Shown here: in pieces, positions 37,571-45,734 of the stretch | Layout of the letters: each line of letters begins with the position of its first letter | Position numbering within the stretch: position 1 is the first letter of the stretch | Virus record (IMG/VR): IMGVR_UViG_3300015263_001819 | Location: 1 to 59,566 of that record | Length of the DNA stretch: 59,566 nucleotides | Origin: a virus | Taxonomy: Duplodnaviria > Caudoviricetes | Reading direction: 5' to 3' (one strand) | Notes under the pieces: generated by a model | Seen by the model: the letters and a program-made list of their open reading frames with translations, nothing else | Databases searched by the model: none | What the model was told of the DNA's origin: nothing | Made by a program: the position numbers and the translations under genes

Positions 37571-38566
37571 ATGGCCACTAAGCCCACAATTGCCGACGCC
37601 GAATGGGCTACCGACGCGTTGATGACCTCGGCGCCCGACGTAGACGAGCAGGCCAAGTCGCCGACGCTCGATCCGGGGACGTCCTACCGCAAGCAAGGGT
37701 GGATTCCGAATACGAACTTCATCGGCCGCTATATGAATTGGATCCTCAACCAATTCTACTTGTGGGCCGTCTACCTCAACGACCTCCACAACTCGACCGC
37801 GTTCCTTTCGCAGGCGTACACGTGGACCGGCGCCCACACGTTCAACACCGCCGAAGCGACGTTCGCCCAAGAGATCCAAGCCAACGGCGGCATCGACACC
37901 AACGGCGGCGGCATCCTCACCGGTGCCGGGGCGTTGTCCACCGAAGGTGGCAGCATCTCATCCGCCGGTGGGAACATCTCCAGCGTCACAGGCGACTACT
38001 CGTCAAGCGGAGGGGACTACACAGCGGCGGGCGGGTCGTTCACGACTACCGGAGCGGGGGCTTTTCAGTGCCTGAACGCGAGCGGTAGCGATACGTTCGC
38101 GTTCACCGGCACGAAGCCTTCGCGCACGATTATGGTCAACATGTCTGGCGCTCACGTCAACGGCTCCGGCTGGATCGTCACTTCTGGTAAGTTGCAATCC
38201 ACTACGCCTAACGCCAACGTCGCGTATGTGCCGCTGAAGCTACCACACGGAGCTACCGTTACAGGCTTGACTGTAGCTGGTTATCAAAATGTAGACACCG
38301 CTGCAGATACGCTGGTTCAGTTGATGAGCAACTCTATCTCCGGCTACACTATGGCCGGAGAGAATCAAGAAGGAGTTCGCTCACTTACTACGGGATTCGG
38401 TGGCTCTGATGTAGATTTCCCGTTCGGTTCAGCGCCCTCGTTCACAGTAGACAACACCGATACGATCTACTACCTGAAAATCACCGAGTGCGACTCCTCT
38501 GGAGTAGCGTGCGGTGTCAACTACGTCAAGTTGACTATTGGTGATCCAGGACCACGTAACTTCTAA
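37571..38566 (+). CDS. Tail fibre protein
   Basis: KP...WA, GW.P, MNW.LNQ...W..YL anchor, Gly-rich repeats, VPLKLPHGATVT head. Confidence 0.75.
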   Translation: MATKPTIADAEWATDALMTSAPDVDEQAKSPTLDPGTSYRKQGWIPNTNFIGRYMNWILNQFYLWAVYLNDLHNSTAFLSQAYTWTGAHTFNTAEATFAQEIQANGGIDTNGGGILTGAGALSTEGGSISSAGGNISSVTGDYSSSGGDYTAAGGSFTTTGAGAFQCLNASGSDTFAFTGTKPSRTIMVNMSGAHVNGSGWIVTSGKLQSTTPNANVAYVPLKLPHGATVTGLTVAGYQNVDTAADTLVQLMSNSISGYTMAGENQEGVRSLTTGFGGSDVDFPFGSAPSFTVDNTDTIYYLKITECDSSGVACGVNYVKLTIGDPGPRNF

Positions 38567-38589
38567 ACCGCTCGACCGCGAGGGGCAGT

Positions 38590-39291
38590 ATGGATCGCGA
38601 TCAACAAGAATGGAACGAGCGGCACTCGGTGACGCTGGCTAGGGTAGAAGAGAAGCTCGACTCACTCGCGGGGCACGAAGCCCGCATCACCGCTCTCGAG
38701 CACGAACGTACGCGCGCGCGGACGGCGCTCACGCTCATCACCGGCGCGCTCGGGTGGGTCGTCTCGCGGTTCTTCGCGGGGGCGATGCTGTTCTTGCTCA
38801 TCGGCGCCGGCGGGTGTGCCGCGCCTCAAATCGATCACGCCCCGCCGGGCTGTGCGAAGTGGCTCTCGAAGGATCGCCCGGTCGAGGTCGTCGTTCACCC
38901 CGACGTAGACGCCGATTGCGCCGTGGCGATGGTCGACGCGATTGCGTTTTGGTCGACGTACGTTTCGTATCTCGAGTACCCCGACGTGGCATGGAAGGTA
39001 GGCCCCATCACGCTCGAGGCCGGCGACCCGAACGAGTACTACCCGCCCGGAGCGCTTCCCGAAGGCTTCGTTGCCGCCGGCGCTACTACCGTACGCGTCC
39101 ACCCCCATGGGCGGATGGAGAAGGCCGTCATCCGCATCGACCCCGACCATTGCGGCGACGCGCACGTCATGGCGCACGAACTCGGCCATGCGCTCGGGCT
39201 CCCGCACGACGAGAACATCGAGAATTTGATGTACCCCACCGTCGAGGGCGGGTGGGGCGTGTCGGCGAAGGATGCGGCATGGCTACGCTAG
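38590..39291 (+). CDS. Coiled-coil/membrane N-terminus fused to matrixin-like metzincin protease
   Basis: LARVEEKLD...HEARITALE, hydrophobic stretch ending GAGGC, HELGHALGLPH and Met-turn LMYP. Confidence 0.8.
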   Translation: MDRDQQEWNERHSVTLARVEEKLDSLAGHEARITALEHERTRARTALTLITGALGWVVSRFFAGAMLFLLIGAGGCAAPQIDHAPPGCAKWLSKDRPVEVVVHPDVDADCAVAMVDAIAFWSTYVSYLEYPDVAWKVGPITLEAGDPNEYYPPGALPEGFVAAGATTVRVHPHGRMEKAVIRIDPDHCGDAHVMAHELGHALGLPHDENIENLMYPTVEGGWGVSAKDAAWLR

Positions 39292-39800
39292 CGTTCGGGG
39301 AGTGCCGATACGAAGCCACCGATGAGGATCGGTTGTGGCTTCTGCGCGCGGTCGCGCGCGAGGGGCGTGTCCATAGGCAGGTCGCCCAAACGCTCGTGAA
39401 CGGTTTTGCGTGGGGGCATGCCCGTAAGCCGAAGTCGATCCCGACGTTGACGTGGTGGGTGCAAGCCTACGCCCAGCCGGTCAACCCGAGGTGGTTTCCG
39501 GACGGAAAGATCTTCCAGCGGTGGCACGCGAAGGACCCGAAGAAGTACCCGCTCGGAGCGGCGATGCGCCGGCGGGACATCTACTCGGTCGAGACCCGCT
39601 TCGAGAAGCCGATCGTCGAGGCCGTCGAGCGCGCGCTCACCGAAGGCCCGGTCGACATCCCGGCAAACGCGACCGACTACGCCGCGGCGTGGATCGACGC
39701 GACGCGCAAAGGCCAAACCCCGCTCACGGCCCCGAAGAAGGGGTACAACCGGTTGTGGACGCGCGCGCCGGAGTGGGACGGCTACGCGGTCGTCAGCTAG
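39279..39800 (+). CDS. Putative cell-wall hydrolase (SleB/Hydrolase_2-like)
   Basis: DEDRLWLLRAVAREG...VAQTLVN and ATDY pattern; last gene of the late arm. Confidence 0.45.
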   Translation: MATLAFGECRYEATDEDRLWLLRAVAREGRVHRQVAQTLVNGFAWGHARKPKSIPTLTWWVQAYAQPVNPRWFPDGKIFQRWHAKDPKKYPLGAAMRRRDIYSVETRFEKPIVEAVERALTEGPVDIPANATDYAAAWIDATRKGQTPLTAPKKGYNRLWTRAPEWDGYAVVS

Positions 39801-40180
39801 GCTGCGCTCAAATCTAAGAGCCACCCCGGCTTCTCTTCGATGCCGAGCAGGTCACATGCCTTCTGAAAGAGCGCAGTCGTGGCCTCGTCGATGGACGTGT
39901 CGACATCGCACGTGCCTGTGTTGTAAGGGCCGTTGATGGTGCGCGCAACGAAGGCGTACTTGCAGTACTCGCCGCAACACCCGCCGACTCGCTCGAACGA
40001 AAACTCTTCGGCGTCTTCACCGAGTTCGTCGACCAACGCCTGAAGTATCGCGCACTCCGCGTCTTCTTCGTCACACCCGTCGTGCCACCCATGCTTCGCG
40101 GCAAACTCGTAGAGTTCCGACGACAAGTCCTCGCCTAGGACGACTCCGTAGTGGAGGTATGTATAGAAATCGACTCCCAT
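39797..40180 (-). CDS. Acidic hypothetical protein
   Basis: Paralog of 40191-40577 (L.YGV.LG, ER.GG, GW.L). Confidence 0.7.
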   Translation of the reverse strand: MGVDFYTYLHYGVVLGEDLSSELYEFAAKHGWHDGCDEEDAECAILQALVDELGEDAEEFSFERVGGCCGEYCKYAFVARTINGPYNTGTCDVDTSIDEATTALFQKACDLLGIEEKPGWLLDLSAA

Positions 40181-40190
40181 GTCTTTACCC

Positions 40191-40577
40191 TCATCCGTAC
40201 TTGGACGTCAAAATCCACCCGCCTGGCATCGGCGGAAGGCCCACCGCCGCTAGCGCGGCTTGCAGCGTCTCTTCGAGTGTCGATGCGCGGGCGAGCAAGT
40301 CCGCCGACACGTGCACGGCTCCGTACTCGACGGAGGGGTGGGCGTGCAGAACGAAGAAACCGAACTCGAAGTCTCCGTAGTCGTCGTAAGACCCACCGGC
40401 GCGCTCGACCTCGACGCCGAACGATCGGAGTGCCTTCGATAAGTAGTACGCGATCTCGTTCTCGCTTTCATCGGTGTCGACGCCCGCCTTCTCAGCGTAG
40501 ACGAGCAGATCGCCGGGTAGCGTGTCGCCCAGCAAAACGCCGTAGCGCAAAGCGGCCTCGGGGTGGCATCCCATCAC
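40191..40577 (-). CDS. Acidic hypothetical protein
   Basis: SD ggaggt; paralog of neighbour. Confidence 0.7.
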   Translation of the reverse strand: MMGCHPEAALRYGVLLGDTLPGDLLVYAEKAGVDTDESENEIAYYLSKALRSFGVEVERAGGSYDDYGDFEFGFFVLHAHPSVEYGAVHVSADLLARASTLEETLQAALAAVGLPPMPGGWILTSKYG

Positions 40578-40972
40578 GCACCTCCGTTGTTTGCGCCGAG
40601 AACCGAAGCGTCGAGGCCGTACTCGTCGGCGAGTCCGCGCATGCTCGCGACGAAGTCCGCCACGAAGTTCTTGCTCTCCGCCGCTTCGTCGTGCGCGTAT
40701 TGCATGTCGCGCAAGAAGCCGACGTCCTCAAGCGGCGCGCCGACGGCCTGGACGACGGCTGGGTTTTTGGCGGAGAAGTCGCCGTCGTCCAGGCGCGTCT
40801 CGTAACGCTCGTCGGGGATGAGCCATCCAACCACGCACCGGCACCCGTCCGGACCGCGGTACACGCAGTCTCCGTTGTCGCCCACCGAGGGCCGGCCTTG
40901 GGCGATCACACCCCTCGCTCCGCGGTCGAAGTAGTCTTGTCGTCGCTTGCGGGTTTCTTCGTTCGTGTCCAT
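40574..40972 (-). CDS. Hypothetical phage protein
   Basis: QG..S...CVYR..G.RC.VG.LI.D..Y, Q.AHD motif; SD gaggt. Confidence 0.75.
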   Translation of the reverse strand: MDTNEETRKRRQDYFDRGARGVIAQGRPSVGDNGDCVYRGPDGCRCVVGWLIPDERYETRLDDGDFSAKNPAVVQAVGAPLEDVGFLRDMQYAHDEAAESKNFVADFVASMRGLADEYGLDASVLGANNGGA

Positions 40973-40974
40973 CG

Positions 40975-41541
40975 TTACACCTCTTTCGTCCAATACGCCG
41001 CCATCGCGGCGGCTTCGGGGTCGTTCGGGAGCTTCGCCGCCAAGGCGAGCACGTCCGCTTTCGCGTCACGGACGAGCCACGCCCGCCCGGGCTTCTTGCA
41101 CAAACGAAGCACGTCGAAGACGTTCGACCACGGCCGCCATCCGTGCTCGTCTTTGCGCTGAATGGCGCCGTCCATCAACCGCCCGACGATCTTCTCGTCA
41201 TCCCAATCGGCGATCTCGATGTACCATCCGTCGGCGAGCGCGCGGAGGACGTCCTCGGTCGTGTGCAAGACGCGCTCGGCGGGCGCCGGGGGCTCGGCGG
41301 CGGGCGGTTCGCGGAGGACGACGAACTCCGCGTCGGGCTTGTGCCTAGACAACCACACCTCTCGGGTAGGGTACCAACAATGCCCTGGCAGACCTTGCCG
41401 CATGTCGCGGGCGGTCAAACTCGATGCGACGCCGCCCTCGTATCGAGTGTACGGGTTCACGCTAGTCTCCACGTCGACGACCTCGCCGCCCGCTCGGGTG
41501 ACGTTCCACGCCTCGGCGGCGCTCACAGTATAGTAGGTCAT
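40975..41541 (-). CDS. Hypothetical protein
   Basis: AEAW...RAGGEV domain shared with 41538-42017. Confidence 0.7.
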   Translation of the reverse strand: MTYYTVSAAEAWNVTRAGGEVVDVETSVNPYTRYEGGVASSLTARDMRQGLPGHCWYPTREVWLSRHKPDAEFVVLREPPAAEPPAPAERVLHTTEDVLRALADGWYIEIADWDDEKIVGRLMDGAIQRKDEHGWRPWSNVFDVLRLCKKPGRAWLVRDAKADVLALAAKLPNDPEAAAMAAYWTKEV

Positions 41542-42017
41542 CGTGCGCCTCCGTTTCCGGACGCCGGCGCGACGGGCGGTTCATGCAGGACGTAGTACTT
41601 GACGTCCTCGCCGTCGTACTCGATCCACCTATCACGCGAGTAGACATAAATGCCTTCGTCGTCCCCCTCTTCCTCGTGCTCTTTGCAGTCGAGCGTAGAT
41701 ACGCCGCCGCGAAACGCCACCCACGGGTTGTCGTCGCGGGGGCTGTCTCCGACCTCGCCTCCCGCTCGGGCGATGTCCCACGCCTCCGCCGAGCCGACGA
41801 CGCGCGGGGGCTTCGTTTCCGAGGCCGGCGCGGCGAGTTCGACGTGCGATGAAACGGTCACGACGGCGTGCAGCTCGGTGACGATCCGTCGTACTTCGAC
41901 AGAGCGGCTCTCGGAGAGCGAGAGCGCCTCGGCTTGCTTCAGCGCGTCGTCGAGGTCGTAGCGGCCGCCCTCCAAGCCGTCGACTTCGTAGTACATCTCT
42001 TTGTACGTCACGCTCAT
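41538..42017 (-). CDS. Hypothetical protein
   Basis: SD ggagg; shared domain with neighbour. Confidence 0.7.
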   Translation of the reverse strand: MSVTYKEMYYEVDGLEGGRYDLDDALKQAEALSLSESRSVEVRRIVTELHAVVTVSSHVELAAPASETKPPRVVGSAEAWDIARAGGEVGDSPRDDNPWVAFRGGVSTLDCKEHEEEGDDEGIYVYSRDRWIEYDGEDVKYYVLHEPPVAPASGNGGAR

Positions 42018-42757
42018 AGCACCCTCCAAAAAGTGGCGAAGCCGTCCGGCAACCGCCGATACTCAACCATCCGACCGACGACCTTCGCGCGGTTGGTGGC
42101 GAACGCGATGCGTTGCGCCTCGGAGAAACCTTGATCCAAAACGTCGCCACCTTCAAGTGAAATCGATACGCAACGATCCGATTCGACCTCGACCGAGGCG
42201 ACCCGTCCGGCTACGCATCGCGCGCGGGCGAGATACGACATCGCCGAGGCCGTCGCGCGGCCGTACACGTACGGCGCCGACTCCGAGCGGAGGACCACCC
42301 CGCCGAAGCCTTCGCCGACGGCCGAGCGCTCTAGGGTCTCGACTTGGGCCTTCGTCGCGCATCGGATTTGGGGGACGATCTCGACTTGCAGGTGATGGCG
42401 GAGCGAGCGCAATCGGTCCGCGAAAGGCTCGCGGCGGAGGTCCCAGTCCCCTCGGTCGAAGGCGTAGAACGTGAACGCCTCGGGCGGGGCGTCGCCGATG
42501 TTGGGGTCATCGAACGCCACGGATGCCTCGTAGCCTTTCGGCGCTCCGAAGGCGAGCACGCCGTCGTACCCCTCGAGGTCCGGCCCGGAGAACGTCGCGA
42601 GCGCGGCCAGCGAGGGCCCGACGAGCGGGCGGCCGTCGGCGCCAAGGACGACGCCCTTGCGGACGAAGGTGCGGCGCCCTATCAGCATCGGCGATACGAG
42701 AATCGGAAAATCGATACGGCGAGCGGCCGGCCAACAAACGGGCAGCATCGGTTTCAT
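42014..42757 (-). CDS. ATP-dependent DNA ligase homolog with degenerate catalytic motifs
   Basis: MKPML..FP..VSP, YDG.L, FYAFD, GF.GVVLR, Y.YGRAT, GFS..QR layout retained; KxDG replaced by MLIG. Confidence 0.75.
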   Translation of the reverse strand: MKPMLPVCWPAARRIDFPILVSPMLIGRRTFVRKGVVLGADGRPLVGPSLAALATFSGPDLEGYDGVLAFGAPKGYEASVAFDDPNIGDAPPEAFTFYAFDRGDWDLRREPFADRLRSLRHHLQVEIVPQIRCATKAQVETLERSAVGEGFGGVVLRSESAPYVYGRATASAMSYLARARCVAGRVASVEVESDRCVSISLEGGDVLDQGFSEAQRIAFATNRAKVVGRMVEYRRLPDGFATFWRVL

Positions 42758-43554
42758 GCGGACTCCTCGATACGGTCGAACGTCGCGGCGACGTCGGCGA
42801 TGGCTTCTTCGTGCGTATTGTATACACGTGCGACTATTTGCATACCCGTGGGGTCTTTGATTTGCACTGTCGCTGACGCGTGATCTGCGATCACGCGATA
42901 CTTCCCGCACTGTGTGCGGACGCACAGCATCGTCAATCCTCCTCTAGCACGCGAGGCCCAATCAGTCCATAACGCTCGGACGCAGCGCCATTCGTCGGAG
43001 TGCGAGAACTTCGGACGCGGAGAGACGATCCGGCCGTTGTCTACGTAGTAGATGCCGTACAACGCCATCTCCGTCTCCTTGTTTTGGTATATTCTCACCC
43101 CAGCATATATGTAGGCGTCCAGATAAGACAAGAACTCCTCGGCTGTACGGTAGCTAGACGCAGGGCGGCCGGGCACTGAAGCGAACACCGTGCCGCTCGG
43201 CATCTTGCAAGCCTCTACCTCTACCTCTCCCCAAGGCATGTCGAGCTTGCGCTTGAACGACTCGCCGACCTTCAAGTAGTAGAGCCCATAACGGGTGGCC
43301 ATATAGTCTTCGAGGGCGTTCGTGAGGTCCGCGGTGACCGGCTCGGGGTCGCACATCGGGCACTCTTCGTCGGCTCGGTGATGGCCGTGATACTTCGAGA
43401 CGGCGCACGGAATCATACGATCCGGCGCCCCGCCGCCGTACTCGGCGCGGAGTTCGTCGAGCGTTCGGTACGTTCCGTTTCTGTAGTACTTGCCAGTCCA
43501 GTACCCGGTGGCTTTCACCCACCCGTCTTTCGCGATGCGCGTGTCGAGATCCAT
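42754..43554 (-). CDS. Hypothetical protein with Cys/His motif
   Basis: SD ggagg; CAVSKYHGHHRADEECPMC. Confidence 0.7.
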   Translation of the reverse strand: MDLDTRIAKDGWVKATGYWTGKYYRNGTYRTLDELRAEYGGGAPDRMIPCAVSKYHGHHRADEECPMCDPEPVTADLTNALEDYMATRYGLYYLKVGESFKRKLDMPWGEVEVEACKMPSGTVFASVPGRPASSYRTAEEFLSYLDAYIYAGVRIYQNKETEMALYGIYYVDNGRIVSPRPKFSHSDEWRCVRALWTDWASRARGGLTMLCVRTQCGKYRVIADHASATVQIKDPTGMQIVARVYNTHEEAIADVAATFDRIEESA

Positions 43555-43564
43555 CTCGGCCTCC

Positions 43565-43819
43565 CTAGTTCAACGCCCGAACGGCGTCGCGCCGGGCCAT
43601 TACCGCCTCTTTGAGTTCGCCGCGGAGTTCGTCATCCTCGAGCACCGCGTCGCGGATGCTAGAATCGACGGTGGGCGGGATGGCGATCATGTCTAGGCGC
43701 AACGAATAGGACACCCGCGCCTCGGCGTTACACGCCCGCTCTTCGTCCCACAACGTCAAATCGAAGACGCCGACGGCGCCGTCGTTCATCACTACCCGAG
43801 GTTCGTCGACGACTTGCAT
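43565..43819 (-). CDS. Small hypothetical protein
   Basis: SD ggag before ATG 43819. Confidence 0.6.
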   Translation of the reverse strand: MQVVDEPRVVMNDGAVGVFDLTLWDEERACNAEARVSYSLRLDMIAIPPTVDSSIRDAVLEDDELRGELKEAVMARRDAVRALN

Positions 43820-43821
43820 AC

Positions 43822-44604
43822 TTACTCCGTTTCGAGTCTGCGTACGAGCTTCACCCGCGCGGCACGGAACTTCCCGTCGGAGTTGTACGGAACAACGATG
43901 TCGGCCATGTCGGCGACTTCGATCAAGCACTCCCATACCGGTTGGTTTGGGTATTGCGCCCGGCACCATCCCGGCGTCGTAGCGACGTTCACACCACACC
44001 CACACGCGTCGGTGCGGTTGGGGTTCGGCGTCTCGGTAAGGTAGGCGCCTTCTTCGGCCTTCCATTCGCTTTTGAACGGATAGTTGGTTTGACCGACGGC
44101 TTTGTAGCACCGCACGCCATCGGCTCCTAAATTAGCCGCAAGAAAGTCGCGGGCGGTCAGCAAACCGGTCGCCCCCGAGAGGTCCGCCCCCGAGAGGTTC
44201 GCCCCCGAGAGGTTCGCCCCCGAGAGGTTCGCCCCCTCGAGGTTCGCCCCCGAGAGGTTCGCCCCGTAGAGGTTCGCCCCCGAGAGGTTCGCCCCCTCGA
44301 GGTTCGCGTACGATAGTTTCGCGTACGATAGTTTCGCGTCCGAGAGGTTCGCCCCCGAGAGTTTCGCGTCCGAGAGGGTCGCGTCCGAGAGGTTAGCCCC
44401 CGAGAGGCGAGCCCCCGAGAGGCGAGCCCCCGATAGGTTCGCCCCCGATAGGTTCGCCCTCGATAGGATCACCCCCGATAGGATCACCCCCGATAGGTTC
44501 GCCCTCAAGAGGTTCGCGTCCGAGAGGTTAGCCCTCTCCCCGCCTTCGCCTCTCAGCCACTTTCCGTGTTCCTCTACGATCTTCGCTAGCTCTTCTTTCG
44601 TCAT
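43822..44604 (-). CDS. Pentapeptide repeat protein
   Basis: Long A(N/D/K)LSG run encoded by 15-bp tandem repeats ~44170-44535; C-terminal CGCG and VPYNSDGKFR. Confidence 0.95.
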   Translation of the reverse strand: MTKEELAKIVEEHGKWLRGEGGERANLSDANLLRANLSGVILSGVILSRANLSGANLSGARLSGARLSGANLSDATLSDAKLSGANLSDAKLSYAKLSYANLEGANLSGANLYGANLSGANLEGANLSGANLSGANLSGADLSGATGLLTARDFLAANLGADGVRCYKAVGQTNYPFKSEWKAEEGAYLTETPNPNRTDACGCGVNVATTPGWCRAQYPNQPVWECLIEVADMADIVVPYNSDGKFRAARVKLVRRLETE

Positions 44605-45233
44605 GACTTGCCTCTCCCGGTGACGCGCGTCGACGCCGTGCGCGTGAACCGCACGCCTTCAATCGCCGGCTCGACGTTCGAGCCCTTCACCGTCTTAAGA
44701 TACGCTTTCACGGCGTCGGTGTCCAGCGTTTTCTTCACGAACGCGGCCGGGACGCGGTCGATGTCCTCGGCCTCGAACTTCCACGAGTACGTCGTGGCGG
44801 TGCCGGCGGTGGCTACGCGCTCGGGTACCGCGGCGACGATCGCGACGGCGGCCTCGGCGTCCCCTGTCTCGGCGGCGGCGCGCGCTTCGGCGAGGGCCTT
44901 GCGCTCCGCCTCGGCGATGGCGAGGTCGTACTCGCTCATCTTCCGCGAGGCGAGGGCTTTGAAAGCCTTTACGTGCTCGGCGGTCTTGGCGAACTCCTCG
45001 TCGACTCGGCGCTTGGACTCGAGCAACGGGCGCGTAAGGTTTACTCGATCCTCTTCGAGTCCCTTCAGAACGGACTGGGCGTGAGCGGCTTGGGTCGCCC
45101 ACCAATCTTTTTGCGCCGGGGTGCTGCACGGCCGCGCTTCGAAGCGGGCCGCGAGCGGTTTCCACGTGGCGACGACGAGGGCGAGGTGGTGTCGGTCGAT
45201 GGGGTCGACGTAATCGGGTTCGGACTCGGACAT
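44601..45233 (-). CDS. Coiled-coil phage protein (Gp157/Gam-like)
   Basis: LEE.R...T.P, WKFE..D...VP, IEGV.F motifs. Confidence 0.6.
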   Translation of the reverse strand: MSESEPDYVDPIDRHHLALVVATWKPLAARFEARPCSTPAQKDWWATQAAHAQSVLKGLEEDRVNLTRPLLESKRRVDEEFAKTAEHVKAFKALASRKMSEYDLAIAEAERKALAEARAAAETGDAEAAVAIVAAVPERVATAGTATTYSWKFEAEDIDRVPAAFVKKTLDTDAVKAYLKTVKGSNVEPAIEGVRFTRTASTRVTGRGKS

Positions 45234-45691
45234 AGCGGATCCATTCTGCCTAGGGCGTAGAGGCCGATGCCGACGGCATCGATGGCGTTATGTCGCAGCT
45301 TAGCGGGTTTTACGCGCTCGACCATCGCTTTTTCTTCGTCGTCGAGCGCAGCGAGGATGCGTGGTTGATGAATCTCTTTTGGGACGGCGCCCTTCCAATC
45401 CGACGGGGCGTAGTACGTATGCGCGCGCATGGCGCCCGCTACGACAGACACGTCCATTAGATCTTGGTGGGCGAAGCGCATCTTGCGCCCGCGGGTGGTC
45501 ATCCTCTCGCACACTCGCCGAGCGCCCGGCGGATCGGGGACTCGCGCGACGTGGGCGAGCGCGCACTCGCCGAGCGTTCCCTTCGCCCGGGAGAGCCCGA
45601 CGTCGACGAGGCGCCCGCCGCGAAACTCGGCGTAGCCGAGGGTTTTGATACCGGGGTCGACAGCGACGAGGACTTCGAACGATTCGGTCAT
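45065..45691 (-). CDS. ruvC: RuvC-like Holliday junction resolvase
   Basis: VAVDPG, CE, P..WKG, HNAIDAVGIG; C-terminal tail overlaps next gene. Confidence 0.8.
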   Translation of the reverse strand: MTESFEVLVAVDPGIKTLGYAEFRGGRLVDVGLSRAKGTLGECALAHVARVPDPPGARRVCERMTTRGRKMRFAHQDLMDVSVVAGAMRAHTYYAPSDWKGAVPKEIHQPRILAALDDEEKAMVERVKPAKLRHNAIDAVGIGLYALGRMDPLCPSPNPITSTPSTDTTSPSSSPRGNRSRPASKRGRAAPRRKKIGGRPKPLTPSPF

Positions 45692-45734
45692 CCGAAGTAC
45701 ATAGCGCGACTATCGACCGAAGGCCCGGGCTTTT

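Noticed and set aside
45065-45233. 169-nt overlap of the RuvC-like tail with the next gene
   Set aside because: The tail is low-complexity read-through past the last conserved motif; likely a lost stop, not dual function.
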